Assembly: GCA_965228345.1 (NCBI GenBank)
Contig: CBDDHH010000004.1
Coordinates: 74,983 to 138,982 of the forward strand
Source: Alphaproteobacteria bacterium
GTDB lineage: Bacteria; Pseudomonadota; Alphaproteobacteria; UBA7985
DNA length: 64,000 nt
Direction: 5' to 3'
Shown: positions 8,910 to 19,468 of the stretch, in pieces
Numbering within the stretch: position 1 is the stretch's first letter
Layout: every line of letters starts with the position of its first letter
The notes under the pieces: generated by a model
The model's database searches: none
What the model saw: only the letters and a program-made list of their open reading frames with translations
Told to the model about the DNA's origin: nothing
Translations under genes and position numbers: made by a program

Positions 8910-10250
8910 ATGTCCTACTTGCCGCCCCGCCCTTTGCAATCGACCCCCTTTCCTGCCTTGCACGGCCGCGTACGGGTGCCAGGGGACAAGTCGATTTCCC
9001 ACCGCGCGCTCATGTTTGGCGGCACCGCGCGCGGTGAAACCAAAATCCATGGCCTGTTGACCGGGGAAGATGTGCTGGCAACGGGCCAGGCCATGGCAGC
9101 CATGGGTGCCACCATCCGCCGAGACGGTGCCGTCTGGATCGCCCAGGGCCGCGGTGTTGGATCCCTGCTGCCCCCCAGTTCGGCCCTCGATATGGGCAAT
9201 TCGGGCACTTCTACCCGCTTGCTCTTGGGCCTCATAGCCTCCAATCCACTTAGTGCTACTTTAGTCGGGGACGCGAGCTTGCAATCGCGCCCCATGAATC
9301 GAGTCATGGGCCCCTTGCGCCGCATGGGCGCCGATTTCGAGGCGGCGGACGGCGGACGTTTGCCGCTGACCGTCCACGGTGGCGACTTGGCGCCGATCGA
9401 CTACGAGAGCCCTTTGGCGTCTGCCCAAGTCAAATCCTGCCTATTGCTCGCCGGCCTCAACGCCCCTGGCAAGACCAGCGTCTTGGAGCCGAAGGAAACC
9501 CGCGACCATACCGAACGCTTGCTGCGCGCCTTTGGCGCCGAGGTCGAATGCACGGTTGAAAGTGCCGGGCGGCGGGTCAAGGTGACAGGCCATAGCGAGC
9601 TGATCGGCCAAGAGCTGGTCGTGCCGGGCGATCCCAGTTCCGCCGCCTTCTTCGCGGTCGCCGCCGCTATCACCCCCGGTTCAGACTTGATCCTGGAGAA
9701 CGTCTGCCTCAATCCCACGCGCACGGGCCTGCTGGTCACGCTTGCCGAAATGGGCGCGGACATCAGCTACCACGACCGTCGCCTCGCCAGCGGCGAAGAC
9801 GTGGCCGATGTGCGGGTGCGCCATTCGGCCTTGCGCGGTGTGCGTGTGCCCGCGGACCGGGCGGCGTCCATGATCGACGAGTACCTGATCGCCGCCGTCG
9901 CCGCCGCGTGCGCCGAGGGGGACACGCACTTCCTCGGCCTCGACGAACTGCGCGTTAAGGAAAGCGACCGACTGGCAGGTGCCGCAGCCCTGCTACACGC
10001 GGCCCAGGTGCCCCATGAGGTTGGGGATGATTGGCTGACCGTCACAGGATTGGGCGACGGCCAGGGCCTGACACAAATCGCAGGCGGCGGCGCTGTTGCC
10101 ACCCACCTCGATCATCGTATGGCCATGGCGACGTTGATTTTCGGGGGCATCACGCAGGCGCCGCTGGCAATCGACGACGCCAACTGTATCCTCACCAGCT
10201 TTCCCACCTTCGAAGCACTGCTCACCGACCTGGGGGTGGTTTGGTCCTAG
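8910..10250 (+). CDS. aroA: 3-phosphoshikimate 1-carboxyvinyltransferase (EPSP synthase)
   Basis: 446-aa protein with ..LPGDKSISHRALMFGG.. and ..LGNSGTSTRLL.. motifs. Confidence 0.9.
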   Translation: MSYLPPRPLQSTPFPALHGRVRVPGDKSISHRALMFGGTARGETKIHGLLTGEDVLATGQAMAAMGATIRRDGAVWIAQGRGVGSLLPPSSALDMGNSGTSTRLLLGLIASNPLSATLVGDASLQSRPMNRVMGPLRRMGADFEAADGGRLPLTVHGGDLAPIDYESPLASAQVKSCLLLAGLNAPGKTSVLEPKETRDHTERLLRAFGAEVECTVESAGRRVKVTGHSELIGQELVVPGDPSSAAFFAVAAAITPGSDLILENVCLNPTRTGLLVTLAEMGADISYHDRRLASGEDVADVRVRHSALRGVRVPADRAASMIDEYLIAAVAAACAEGDTHFLGLDELRVKESDRLAGAAALLHAAQVPHEVGDDWLTVTGLGDGQGLTQIAGGGAVATHLDHRMAMATLIFGGITQAPLAIDDANCILTSFPTFEALLTDLGVVWS

Positions 10251-10279
10251 GCAAGCCGTCGGGTCCCGATCTATATCAA

Positions 10280-10298
10280 GGGTCGTTGCAAACGACCC
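10280..10298. terminator. Bidirectional intrinsic terminator hairpin between convergent aroA and hslU
   Basis: gggtcgtt-gca-aacgaccc perfect 8-bp stem between stop codons at 10250 and 10305. Confidence 0.5.
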
Positions 10299-10304
10299 CT
10301 GGGT

Positions 10305-11612
10305 TCACAGAATAAACCGGCTCAAATCGGCCTGATCCCTCAGGGTTCCGACCCGCTCATCGACCAAGGCGCGGTCGATTCGGACCGTCTCCCCGCCGCG
10401 ATCGGGGGCCGCGAACGAAATCTCCTCAAGCAGACGTTCCATGACGGTGGCCAAGCGGCGCGCGCCGATGTTTTCGACGCTTTCGTTGATGTCGAAGGAC
10501 ACGGCGGCTAGATGATCGATGGCCTCTTCGGAGAATTTGAGAGTCAGCCCTTCAGTCGCCATGAGTGCGCGGTACTGCTTGAGCAAGGAATGTTCGGTGT
10601 CGGCCAAAATGCGGCGGAAATCGTCCTTGGTCAGCGCCGCCAATTCAACCCGGATCGGCATGCGGCCCTGGAGCTCGGGCAGCAAGTCGCTGGGCTTGGA
10701 CAAATGAAAAGCCCCCGAGGCGATGAACAAGATATGATCGGTCTTGACCATGCCGTGCTTGGTCGACACCTGCGTCCCTTCGATCAAGGGCAACAGGTCG
10801 CGCTGCACCCCCTCGCGGCTGATGGCGCCGCCGCTGCGGGTTTCGCTGATCGCGATCTTGTCGATCTCATCAATGAACACAATGCCATTGTTTTCGACGC
10901 TAGCAATCGCATCGGCCTGCAAGTTGTCTTGATCGAGGCGCTTATCGGCCTCCTCCTCCATGACCGTTTCCAGCGCCGCCTTGACCCGCATTTTGCGCTT
11001 GGTCGGTTTGCCCTTGGCGCCTAGAATTTCACTGAGGTCGAGCATGCCAACCTGGCCGCCCGGTATGCCGGGGATGTCCATGGTTGGCAGGCCGCCCTTC
11101 TTGTCCATGACTTCTATATCGACTTCCTTGTCGTCCAGGTCGCCTTGGCGCAGTTTTTTGCGAAACTTCTGCCGCGTTTCCTGAGTTGCCGTTTCCCCCA
11201 CAAGAACGTCCAAGAGGCGATTTTCGGCGGCGTCCTCCGCGACCGCGCGGACGGCTCCGATCTGCGCGTCGCGCGTTCGCTTCAGCCCCACTTCCACCAA
11301 ATCGCGAATGATCGATTCGACATCGCGCCCGACGTAGCCCACTTCGGTAAATTTGGTGGCCTCAACCTTGGTGAAGGGAGCGTCGGCGAGCTTGGCGAGG
11401 CGGCGCGCAATCTCGGTCTTGCCGCAGCCCGTGGGGCCGATCATCAAAATGTTCTTTGGCATGACCTCGTCGGCCAGCGCCGGGTCCAGCTGTTGACGAC
11501 GCCAGCGGTTGCGCAAGGCTATGGCGACCGCACGCTTCGCCTCCCCCTGGCCGACGATATGGCGATCCAGCTCGCTGACGATTTCACGGGGCGTATAGGC
11601 ATGGGGTGTCAT
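10305..11612 (-). CDS. hslU: ATP-dependent protease ATPase subunit HslU
   Basis: [37 protein letters not shown].. canonical HslU. Confidence 0.95.
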   Translation of the reverse strand: MTPHAYTPREIVSELDRHIVGQGEAKRAVAIALRNRWRRQQLDPALADEVMPKNILMIGPTGCGKTEIARRLAKLADAPFTKVEATKFTEVGYVGRDVESIIRDLVEVGLKRTRDAQIGAVRAVAEDAAENRLLDVLVGETATQETRQKFRKKLRQGDLDDKEVDIEVMDKKGGLPTMDIPGIPGGQVGMLDLSEILGAKGKPTKRKMRVKAALETVMEEEADKRLDQDNLQADAIASVENNGIVFIDEIDKIAISETRSGGAISREGVQRDLLPLIEGTQVSTKHGMVKTDHILFIASGAFHLSKPSDLLPELQGRMPIRVELAALTKDDFRRILADTEHSLLKQYRALMATEGLTLKFSEEAIDHLAAVSFDINESVENIGARRLATVMERLLEEISFAAPDRGGETVRIDRALVDERVGTLRDQADLSRFIL

Positions 11613-11638
11613 GGGGTATTCCAGCAGGCTTGGCGAGT

Positions 11639-12196
11639 TTAGAGAATCTCGACCACAAGGTTATGATTGGTATAGACGCAGATGTCGCCGGCAATTTTCA
11701 TGGCTTTGCGCGCCATTTCCTCTGCGCTCATCTCCTGATCGGCCAAGGCACGTGCCGCCGCCAAAGCAAAGTTCCCCCCCGAGCCAATGGCGATGATGCC
11801 ATCTTCGGAATCCAACACATCGCCGGTGCCCGAAATCATGAGCGAATGATCCCGATCGACGACGATCAACAGGGCCTCCAATCGTCGGAGAATGCGATCT
11901 TGCCGCCAGTCCTTCGCCAGCTCGACCGCCGCGCGCATCAATTGGCCGCCGTGCTTTTCCAACTTGGCCTCCAAGAGCTCAAACAGGGTAAAGGCATCGG
12001 CCGTCGCCCCGGCAAAGCCCGCGATGATCTGCTGATCCTTGCCAATCCGGCGCACTTTGCGCGCCGTGCCTTTGACGACAGTCGCGCCCATGGACACCTG
12101 CCCATCGCCCGCAACCACCACCTGGCCCGCTTTACGAACGGTCAAAATCGTGGTGGCGTGCAGGGTCGTGCCAGCGGTCAAGGACATAGGTCTCAC
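11639..12196 (-). CDS. hslV: ATP-dependent protease subunit HslV (with short alphaproteobacterial N-terminal propeptide)
   Basis: ..[23 protein letters not shown].. catalytic Thr-Thr N-terminus motif, immediately upstream of hslU. Confidence 0.9.
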   Translation of the reverse strand: MRPMSLTAGTTLHATTILTVRKAGQVVVAGDGQVSMGATVVKGTARKVRRIGKDQQIIAGFAGATADAFTLFELLEAKLEKHGGQLMRAAVELAKDWRQDRILRRLEALLIVVDRDHSLMISGTGDVLDSEDGIIAIGSGGNFALAAARALADQEMSAEEMARKAMKIAGDICVYTNHNLVVEIL

Positions 12197-12229
12197 CTGG
12201 ACATGCCTAAGCTCAAGGACCCAGGTTCC

Positions 12230-12607
12230 TCACGCTGTCGCATCGGCGGCAGCGGCCTCTGCCGCATCGGCGGCCTTCTGCGCCTTCTCTGCGGCGCGTT
12301 CCTGGGCTTTTTTCTTGGGTTGATTCTGCTTGGTTTGGGCGGGAATCGCGGGCGCGGCCCCCAGGCCTGCCTGCGCCATGAGGCGGGCGACGCGATCAGT
12401 AGGTTTAGCGCCCTTTCCCATCCACTGCGAAATTTTCTCCCCATTTAGGGTCAGGCGTTCCTCATGGTCCCTCGGAACCATGGGGTTGTAGGACCCAACG
12501 CGCTCGATGAAGCGACCATCACGGGGCATGCGGCTGTCCGCGACCACCACCCGGTAATAGGGACGTTTTTTGGCGCCAGCGCGCGCCAGACGAATTTTCA
12601 AAGCCAT
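12230..12607 (-). CDS. rpsP: 30S ribosomal protein S16 with A/K-rich C-terminal extension
   Basis: [42 protein letters not shown]. Confidence 0.9.
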   Translation of the reverse strand: MALKIRLARAGAKKRPYYRVVVADSRMPRDGRFIERVGSYNPMVPRDHEERLTLNGEKISQWMGKGAKPTDRVARLMAQAGLGAAPAIPAQTKQNQPKKKAQERAAEKAQKAADAAEAAAADATA

Positions 12608-12623
12608 GGGTTATTCCTTATAG

Positions 12624-14045
12624 TTAGCGTTTGAAGGGAAGGCCTCGGGACCTGGTGCCTGCAGGGCCCGCGAGATCGGCGAGTTGGGAGAGATCCCCGA
12701 CGTCCAATTCAGACGGCAGCTGGGGCATACCCCCATGCCGCGACTGCTTGGAAACGTTCTTCATCATTTTGGCCATGCCCTGGTATTGCTTTAGCAACTT
12801 ATTCAGATCGGCGACCGACGTGCCAGACCCCGCTGCGATGCGTTGCTTGCGCTTGGCTTTTAAGATCTGGGGTTTGCTGCGTTCCAGCGGAGTCATGGAG
12901 GAGATCATGGCAAGCTGCCGAGCCACGACCCGATCGTTGATTTGGTCCTTGGCCGCCTCCAACTGGCGCTTCATGCCGCCCATGCCCGGCATGAGGGACA
13001 TGAGCCCGCCGATGCCGCCGAGCTTGGAGATTTTTTTCATCTGATCAGCCAAGTCATTGAGATCGAACTGACCCCTGCTCAAGCGCGCCTGCAGGCGTTC
13101 TGCCTCGCCCTCTTCTTGCAATTTCTGGGCCTTTTCAACCAGGGAGACCACATCGCCCATGCCCAAAATGCGCGAGGCAATGCGGCTTGGGTGAAACTCC
13201 TCGATGGCTTCCATCTTCTCGCCCGTGCCGAGCAGTTTGATCGGCTTGCCCGTGACGGCGCGCATGGAAAGCGCCGCGCCGCCGCGGGCGTCGCCGTCGA
13301 TGCGGGTCAGCACCAAACCCGTTAGACCAAGTCTCTCCTCAAACCCTTGGGCGGTGTTGATGGCGTCCTGGCCCGTCAGTGCGTCGGCGACCAGCAAGGT
13401 TTCGTGCGGCTGGGTCACGTCACGAACCTTGATCAACTCATCCATCAAGGCTCCATCAATGGACAGTCGGCCCGCGCTGTCGAGGATCAGGATGTCATAG
13501 CCCTCCAACTGCGCCATAGTTTGGGCGCGTCGGGCGATCTGGATCGGCGTTTCCCCCACGACAATCGGCAGGGTGGCGACGCGGGTCTGCGCGCCCAGGA
13601 CCCGCAGCTGTTCCTGCGCGGCGGGGCGGCGGGTGTCGAGCGAGGCCAGCAAGGCGCGCTTGCGTTGCTGGTGGTACTTGAGACCTAACTTGGCGGTGGT
13701 TGTGGTCTTGCCTGACCCTTGCAAGCCAACCATCAAGATGACGGTGGGCGGGCTGGCGGCGTCGATCAGAGGTTCAATCGTTGCGCCGAGCGTTGCCACC
13801 AACTCATCGTGGACAATTTTAATCACCTGTTGGTCCGGGGAAATCTTCCGAACCAAATCGGCCCCGACCCCTGCTTGCGTCACCCGGGCCATGAGGTCTT
13901 TGACGACAGGAAGCGCGACATCGGCCTCGAGCAGGGCCACCCGCACCTCGCGCAAAGCAACCTTCACGTCGGCTTCGGTCAGCTTGGCCTTGCGCCGCAT
14001 GGCGGCGAACACGCCCTCTAATCGCTCTGCTAGTCCCTGGAACAT
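12624..14045 (-). CDS. ffh: Signal recognition particle protein Ffh
   Basis: MFQGLAERL..GLQGSGKTTT..M-domain methionine-rich C-terminus (GGMPGMGGM). The ORF-track N-extension to 14213 lacks homology. Confidence 0.9.
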   Translation of the reverse strand: MFQGLAERLEGVFAAMRRKAKLTEADVKVALREVRVALLEADVALPVVKDLMARVTQAGVGADLVRKISPDQQVIKIVHDELVATLGATIEPLIDAASPPTVILMVGLQGSGKTTTTAKLGLKYHQQRKRALLASLDTRRPAAQEQLRVLGAQTRVATLPIVVGETPIQIARRAQTMAQLEGYDILILDSAGRLSIDGALMDELIKVRDVTQPHETLLVADALTGQDAINTAQGFEERLGLTGLVLTRIDGDARGGAALSMRAVTGKPIKLLGTGEKMEAIEEFHPSRIASRILGMGDVVSLVEKAQKLQEEGEAERLQARLSRGQFDLNDLADQMKKISKLGGIGGLMSLMPGMGGMKRQLEAAKDQINDRVVARQLAMISSMTPLERSKPQILKAKRKQRIAAGSGTSVADLNKLLKQYQGMAKMMKNVSKQSRHGGMPQLPSELDVGDLSQLADLAGPAGTRSRGLPFKR

Positions 14046-14341
14046 CCAAAGCCCCCACAACAAAAGCCCCAGTGAGCGTACCTTCGCCGACTGGGGGACG
14101 CACATCAAACCTCCCGATTGGGGCGTGACCCGCGTTAAGAACCACGGCCCAACCCGCCAGACTCCGTCCTTTGAGCGACCGCTAAGACTCTCTCGCACGC
14201 AACCAGAAGCCAAGGCCGTCTGAAGAGTCAGATGGGTTGACTGCGTCTGCGCATCGAAGACCGGACAACCGTAGGCCCTAAACGGCCTGGAGTCAAATGG
14301 CTCATGACAGGCGTGTTGAACCGCTGGTATAGGCGCGCGCC

Positions 14342-16141
14342 ATGAACGCGCCTCCCATCCTCTCCTTACGAGATGTTTCCTTTAAGCTCGGTCGCGCGCC
14401 TTTATTCCAGGGGTTGGAGGTGCACTTGGGCGCGCAGGACCGCGCCGTTCTGGTCGGGCGCAATGGGTCTGGCAAATCAACGCTGTTGAAAACCCTTGCG
14501 GGCCGCATTGAAACCGATGGCGGCGAACGCTGGATTCAACCTGGCATTCGCATTGCCTGCCTCGACCAAGACCCCGACCTTGGACCCTACGCCACTGTCG
14601 CTGACTTTGTGATCGAAGAGTCGGACACCGAGCCCGACGACTATCGCCTTGGCCTCATGGCCGAGGAGCTGAGTCTTGACCTGACACGCGCACCAGCGGG
14701 TCTTTCGGGGGGGGAGGCGCGAAAGGCTGCCCTGATCCGGGCGCTGTTGGGCGCGCCTGACTTGCTGCTGCTCGACGAACCGACCAACCATTTGGACATC
14801 CAGGCTATCGAGTGGTTGGAGGCGCGCTTGGCGGCCTTTGACGGCGCGATCCTGACTATATCGCACGACCGTGCGTTTCTGGCGCGCCTATCGACGTGCG
14901 TTCTGTGGCTCGACCAGGGTCGGATCCGGCGATTGGATAAGTCCTATGACCATTTTGAGCGGTGGTCCCTGGGGCTGATTGAACAAGAGCGGCTCGCCCA
15001 GCACAAACTTGATCGCCTGATTGAGCACGAACGCCTTTGGTCGGTCGAAGGGATCTCGGGCCGACGTCGGCGCAACATGGGGCGAATGCGTCGTCTGGAA
15101 GCCTTGCGTGCGCAACGCATCGCCCACCAACGCCAAGACCGCACCCTTAAGATTGAGGTCGACTCAGCGCAGATGAGCGGCAAGCGCGTCATCGAGGCCT
15201 TCAACGTGTCCAAGTCCTTCGGCAGTCGCCAGCTCTTTGCTCCCTTCAACCTCAAAATTGCGCGCGGGGACCGCGTGGGCTTGGTTGGGCCCAACGGCGC
15301 GGGCAAAACCACCTTGATCCGGCTGCTGATGGGCGAAGAATCGCCCGACACGGGCAGCGTCAAGCATGGCACAAATTTGGCCGCGACCTGGGTCGATCAA
15401 GGCCGAGAGGCCCTCGATAGCGCAGAGCGCGTTTGGGACTTTATCGCCGACGTCGGCGGGGATTCCATCGTCGTCAAAGGCAAAGCCAAGCATGTGGTCA
15501 CCTACTTGCGCGACTTTGGCTTTCGCGACGACCAAGTCCGCAGCCCGATTGCGGGCCTATCGGGCGGGGAGCGTAATCGTCTCCTGCTCGCCAAAAAACT
15601 CGCCAATCCCTCCAACCTCCTGATTTTGGACGAACCGACGAATGATCTAGATACGGAAAGCCTGGATCTGATACAGGAAATGCTGGACGAATACGAAGGC
15701 ACGGTGCTGCTGGTGTCCCATGATCGCGATTTTCTCGACCGTCTTGTCACCTCCACCTTGCTGATCGACGGGTCTGGACGGGTGCAGGAATTTGCCGGCG
15801 GTTTTAGCCACATGGTCGCCCAAGGGGGCTGGATCCCCAAAGGCGCTAGGTTGAAAGCGCCCAAATCCCCCAAGGCCCCTTCAAAGACCGGGCCCAAGGC
15901 AAAACGAGAACGCTCAGGTCTTAGCTTTACCCAAGCGGCGCGCTTAGACTCACTGCCGCAAGAAATCAGCCAACTCACCGCTCAACTCGTGGCATTGGAA
16001 ACCAAGTTAGCTGACACTGAACTCTACCTTAAAGATCCAGATCGTTTCGCGAAAGTTACCGACGCGCATGGGGTGCTAAGGCTCGCCTTGACCGCCTTAG
16101 AAGATGAATGGTTGATGCTAGAGGAGCTGGCGACAGGTTGA
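14342..16141 (+). CDS. ABC-F family ATPase (tandem ABC domains, no TM domain)
   Basis: Two Walker A sites (GRNGSGKST, GPNGAGKTT), two LSGGE signatures, and a long inter-domain linker. Confidence 0.85.
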   Translation: MNAPPILSLRDVSFKLGRAPLFQGLEVHLGAQDRAVLVGRNGSGKSTLLKTLAGRIETDGGERWIQPGIRIACLDQDPDLGPYATVADFVIEESDTEPDDYRLGLMAEELSLDLTRAPAGLSGGEARKAALIRALLGAPDLLLLDEPTNHLDIQAIEWLEARLAAFDGAILTISHDRAFLARLSTCVLWLDQGRIRRLDKSYDHFERWSLGLIEQERLAQHKLDRLIEHERLWSVEGISGRRRRNMGRMRRLEALRAQRIAHQRQDRTLKIEVDSAQMSGKRVIEAFNVSKSFGSRQLFAPFNLKIARGDRVGLVGPNGAGKTTLIRLLMGEESPDTGSVKHGTNLAATWVDQGREALDSAERVWDFIADVGGDSIVVKGKAKHVVTYLRDFGFRDDQVRSPIAGLSGGERNRLLLAKKLANPSNLLILDEPTNDLDTESLDLIQEMLDEYEGTVLLVSHDRDFLDRLVTSTLLIDGSGRVQEFAGGFSHMVAQGGWIPKGARLKAPKSPKAPSKTGPKAKRERSGLSFTQAARLDSLPQEISQLTAQLVALETKLADTELYLKDPDRFAKVTDAHGVLRLALTALEDEWLMLEELATG

Positions 16142-16224
16142 GCGAGATCGCTGCGGGTTTCGACTATCTTCGAGTTCGTCATCACAATTTGCGGCCATTC
16201 TTTGAACTTCACACTTGAATGGGC

Positions 16225-16262
16225 GTCTTAAAAAGTGTCACCTTTTTTGGCCATTGGTATAA
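16225..16262. repeat. Degenerate half-unit of the TATACCA hairpin family
   Basis: aaaaagtgtcaccttttttggccattggtata resembles the left unit loop plus clamp. Confidence 0.4.
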
Positions 16263-16342
16263 GAGCGCTTGGATGAAAGTCGGCCCATCGCAGACCTGGG
16301 TGCCGATCGGTGCCGACGTCCGCAACATGGTGAAGCTAGTTT

Positions 16343-17227
16343 ATGAACCCAATTCGAATCACGCTCTCCGGTTCTCTAGGCTCGGGTAAGTCCTCCGTGG
16401 GCAAGGCTCTTTCCAGACACTTTGGTGTGCCCTTTATCAGTACGGGTGAAATCTTTCGGTCCATTGGTAAAGTTACGAACCTCAGCGCACTTCAAACAAA
16501 TTTGGAGGCCGAAACCAATACCTCCATCGACGAGAAGGTCGATGGCTTCATTGTTGAGAAGGCCCAGACCGATGCGCCCTTCATTATGGATTCGCGCATG
16601 GCGTGGCACTTCGTGCCCCAGTCTTTGAAGGTTTATCTCTACGCCAGCTATGAAACTGCTGCCAGGCGAATCCAGTCGGACACTTCGCGTGAGACAGAAA
16701 CTTACCAAGACATAGCCGAAGCGGAGCAGGCGATCAAGAAACGTCGTTTGAGCGAGCAGGTCCGGTACGCGAACCTCTACGGTGTCGACATTGATAAGTA
16801 CGCCAACTACGATCTCATGATCGTCAGCGACGGACTGGCCATTGACGATCTTGTCGCGATCATCCTCGCGAAAGTGCATCAAACTCTCAGTAGCAAGATA
16901 TACCTATCAAAAAACCGATTGGTTCCCATGATGAGTGTGGGAGCCTTAAGCGGCTCATCGGATGCTGCTCAGCCTTGCCCCCTCTACGGCTTAAACGGGC
17001 TATTGCAGGACGGGTATGGATTTGTCTACGAACAAGCGGATCGTCTGGCGCACATTCTTAAATCTGACGGGAATGTAACCTGTCTCCATCCCCCCTCCCC
17101 GTCTGGCCAAGAACGCGCGCGGATTCTGGAGGACTTGAAGAACTTGGACCCGCGTCACTTCCAACGCTGGGAAGCGGTTGGCAGCCAGAGTTTTGACATC
17201 AGGCGCTATTTGGAGACATTGGACTGA
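16343..17227 (+). CDS. Cytidylate-kinase-like P-loop kinase with ~100-aa C-terminal extension
   Basis: ITLSGSLGSGKSSVGKALSRHFGVPFISTGEIFR and ..MDSRMAWHFVPQSLKVYLYASYETAARR.. match the CMP-kinase fold. Visibly lower GC than flanking genes. Confidence 0.55.
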   Translation: MNPIRITLSGSLGSGKSSVGKALSRHFGVPFISTGEIFRSIGKVTNLSALQTNLEAETNTSIDEKVDGFIVEKAQTDAPFIMDSRMAWHFVPQSLKVYLYASYETAARRIQSDTSRETETYQDIAEAEQAIKKRRLSEQVRYANLYGVDIDKYANYDLMIVSDGLAIDDLVAIILAKVHQTLSSKIYLSKNRLVPMMSVGALSGSSDAAQPCPLYGLNGLLQDGYGFVYEQADRLAHILKSDGNVTCLHPPSPSGQERARILEDLKNLDPRHFQRWEAVGSQSFDIRRYLETLD

Positions 17228-17306
17228 CGTCGGAGGTCGTTTTCCATGGCCCTTGAGCTGTGCGCCCACTTGGTCGCTGGTCTTTGAAGAACCTGGTTTC
17301 TCAATT

Positions 17307-17560
17307 TATACCAACTCCGCTAAAAATTGACATTTTCAGCAGAGTTTTGTCTCACGGCAGAAACGCTTCGCGTTTGGGCTTTTGGGGTTGCGGTCTCACC
17401 TCGCTCGCACCGCTCGCTCGGCCCGACCGTGCAACAGGGCCTCCGCTTATACCCCGAGGCGCGTGTCCGCCGATCTCGGGGCCGCTTCGGGGACTGCGGT
17501 CGCGGCCCTTACACCAGCGAATATAAGAGCCACATAAGTGTCGCTGGTACAGCCAAGCCG
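17307..17560 (+). repeat. Modular hairpin repeat copy with optional GCGGTCTCACC..GGCCCGACCG module
   Basis: Left unit tataccaactccgctaaaaattgacattttcag, core tgtctcacggcagaaacgcttcgcgttt, ccccgaggcgc..atctcgggg, right unit acaccagcgaatataagagccacataagtgtcgctggtac. Confidence 0.85.
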
Positions 17561-17567
17561 ACTTAAA

Positions 17568-17652
17568 ATAATCACATTCTAAGTCGATAAGCTGAGCGCC
17601 AATGAAGGATATAGCGAATGCACCTTAATCAAATTAAGGCGCATTCGCTATA
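17568..17652 (-). repeat. Accessory repeat module E1 (second copy at 54344..54425) containing a long hairpin / probable bidirectional terminator
   Basis: tagcgaatgcaccttaat-caa-attaaggcgcattcgcta (near-perfect 18-bp stem) followed by T-rich tract. About 85% identical to 54344-54425 in opposite orientation. Confidence 0.7.
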
Positions 17653-17841
17653 TTAGAGTTTATTCACGTCGGAGCTGGAATAACCCGTTAAAAGCATGGA
17701 GGCGATGGCACCAAACGACAGGGCCGCGAGCACGCCGCCCAAGGCTTTGCTGAACAGGGCGACCAAGCACCAGACCGCCACCACCAGCCAGATCAGCGCG
17801 GCAGCGGCAAGTTTCCAGGATGTTTTATTCATATCAACCAT
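17653..17841 (-). CDS. Hypothetical small membrane protein (62 aa, 2 predicted TM)
   Basis: Hydrophobic ORF in low-GC spacer. No recognisable family. Weak call. Confidence 0.3.
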   Translation of the reverse strand: MVDMNKTSWKLAAAALIWLVVAVWCLVALFSKALGGVLAALSFGAIASMLLTGYSSSDVNKL

Positions 17842-17854
17842 GCCATGCTCTTAA

Positions 17855-17935
17855 GGCCATTCGCATGTGTATTGATCGGTTGAATGGCTTTAACTCCTTT
17901 GTTGGCGCGGATGTATCCAGCGTCGATTGTTTCAA
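17855..17935. repeat. Accessory repeat module E2 (second copy 46430..46525)
   Basis: cattcgcatgtgtattgatcggttgaatggctttaactcctttgttggcgcggatgt..gcgtcgattgtttcaaccgac aligns with 46436-46515. Confidence 0.6.
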
Positions 17936-18280
17936 CCGACTTATACCAACGGTCATAAAAAGTAACCTTTTTATGACCGTTTCGTGTCTCACGGCAGAAA
18001 CGCGTTGCGTTTCGGCTTTTTGGGGTAGCGGTCTCACCTTGCTCGCACCGCCCGACCGTGCGACGGGGCCTTCGCTTATACCCCGAGGCGCTTTCTTAGC
18101 TGATCTCGGGGCCGCGTGTTTTTGGTACGAGCGTTTCCTACGCCTTTCGGGCTTGGAGCCCAACTGTTTCGCGCGCGGGCGTTCCCTGCGCCCTTCGGGC
18201 TTGGAGCCCACTTGGGGGGGCCGCAGTCGCAGTCCCTATACAGCCGAATATAAGAGTCACTCATAATTGCCGCTGGTATT
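17928..18280 (+). repeat. Modular hairpin repeat copy (two tandem GGCTTGGAGCCC modules)
   Basis: Same module order as 28678-28965, with left unit tataccaacggtcataaaaagtaacctttttatgaccgtt and right unit ...cataattgccgctggtat. Confidence 0.85.
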
Positions 18281-18323
18281 AAAACCCGCTTTAGGGGAAT
18301 AAGAACGCAGGGGGAAGCCAAAA

Positions 18324-19457
18324 TCACCCGAAGGTTCGCTTCTTTTGGGGGCGAGCGAGGGAGCTTCGCACCCGTTTTGCGGCCTTGGGGCCGATTTGGG
18401 TTTTGGTGGGCTTCACGCTCAAGCGGGATTGAATGCCACGCTTGGCGCGTAAGGCATTGAGATCCTCGGCATAGATCCCGATGCCGACCCCCTTGGCGAC
18501 CATGGCTTCGAGTGCTTTAAATTTGATTGTCTCAAACTCGCCTTGCAAGTCAGTGGGGATGTAGCCCAGCTGTTCCATGACATCCCAATGGTGGCCGATG
18601 GTGGCCATAACTTGGGCTTCGGTCAATTCCGTGCGCCAGCCGTCCACCTTACCCGAGCGGAAAAACACCGTCGCCTGATCGGCGCGTGTGCGCTCCTTAA
18701 ATCCTTGCTTCAGGTCTTGGGCCTTCATTTTGTCAAAGGCGGTTGATTCCAGCGCACGTTCGATGCGTGCTTGATCGGCGGGCAGACCCATATGGGCCAG
18801 GGCGCGGGTGAAAGTTTCTGCCCCCTTTTGCTTCATATCTTCGTACTTGAGGACACAAACATTTAACGGCTTCTGCGAGGCGATCCAAGATCGTGTAAAA
18901 GATGACCAGCTTGAGAGGATGGTCGTTGGGAATTGCGAATCCTCTCCGCCCAAGAACATGCTCGGGTCTGCCATGCTGCGGATCGCCGTATCAATATCGA
19001 CAGACATGTGTTGAGCGAACGACGGCAAGACAGCGAGGGGATTGCGGACGATCAGTAAAGAGGCCGAGGTAGACGCAGGGTCGATCGTCGCATGCCCTCC
19101 GGGCTCCGCGACGGCTGAGTGGGTTTTGACGACGATCTGCTGTGAAGCGCGGGCATAGATGCGCTGAACACCAACGCGCACCCGCGCCGCGTCCAGTAGG
19201 GAGAAGTCGCGCACAGGCTTTTTGGCAAGGATCGCACTGAACCGAGGGTTGTTGCACTGATTGTTGCCGGTCAAGTCGTCGTTGATATGGGTTTCCGCTT
19301 TGCCGGAAAAATAGGCGGACAGGAACAGCCGCATCCAAGTGTTGCCCGACTTGGGGTAGGAGGCAAGCCAAAGGATCCGCTGCCGCGCGGGTAAATCGGG
19401 GAAGGGCGGCAGGGTGTCGAAATCGAAATTTGGGTCGTAAAACTCTGGCCCGACCAT
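18324..19457 (-). CDS. Sulfotransferase family protein (PAPS-dependent, NodH-like)
   Basis: 5'-PSB motif YPKSGNTWMRLFL and 3'-PB-like LLIVRNPLAV. 377 aa. Confidence 0.7.
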   Translation of the reverse strand: MVGPEFYDPNFDFDTLPPFPDLPARQRILWLASYPKSGNTWMRLFLSAYFSGKAETHINDDLTGNNQCNNPRFSAILAKKPVRDFSLLDAARVRVGVQRIYARASQQIVVKTHSAVAEPGGHATIDPASTSASLLIVRNPLAVLPSFAQHMSVDIDTAIRSMADPSMFLGGEDSQFPTTILSSWSSFTRSWIASQKPLNVCVLKYEDMKQKGAETFTRALAHMGLPADQARIERALESTAFDKMKAQDLKQGFKERTRADQATVFFRSGKVDGWRTELTEAQVMATIGHHWDVMEQLGYIPTDLQGEFETIKFKALEAMVAKGVGIGIYAEDLNALRAKRGIQSRLSVKPTKTQIGPKAAKRVRSSLARPQKKRTFG

Positions 19458-19468
19458 TCAACGTCTCT

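Noticed and set aside
13573-14223. 216-aa ORF antisense to ffh, and many similar antisense ORFs (e.g. 2936-3595, 10512-11024, 24264-25367, 26346-27131, 27819-28313, 31561-32364, 35602-36791, 44272-45077, 48040-48854, 52625-53221, 56893-57506, 63176-63934)
   Set aside because: Each overlaps a strongly supported gene on the other strand. Compositions are Arg/Ala/Pro-rich as expected from stop-codon-poor high-GC antisense frames.
14046-14341. Search for SRP RNA (ffs), tmRNA, RNase P, 6S RNA in this and other intergenic regions
   Set aside because: No GGUCCGGAAGGAAGCAGC-like SRP motif or tmRNA tag-reading-frame features were seen by eye. Without a covariance-model scan this is not conclusive.
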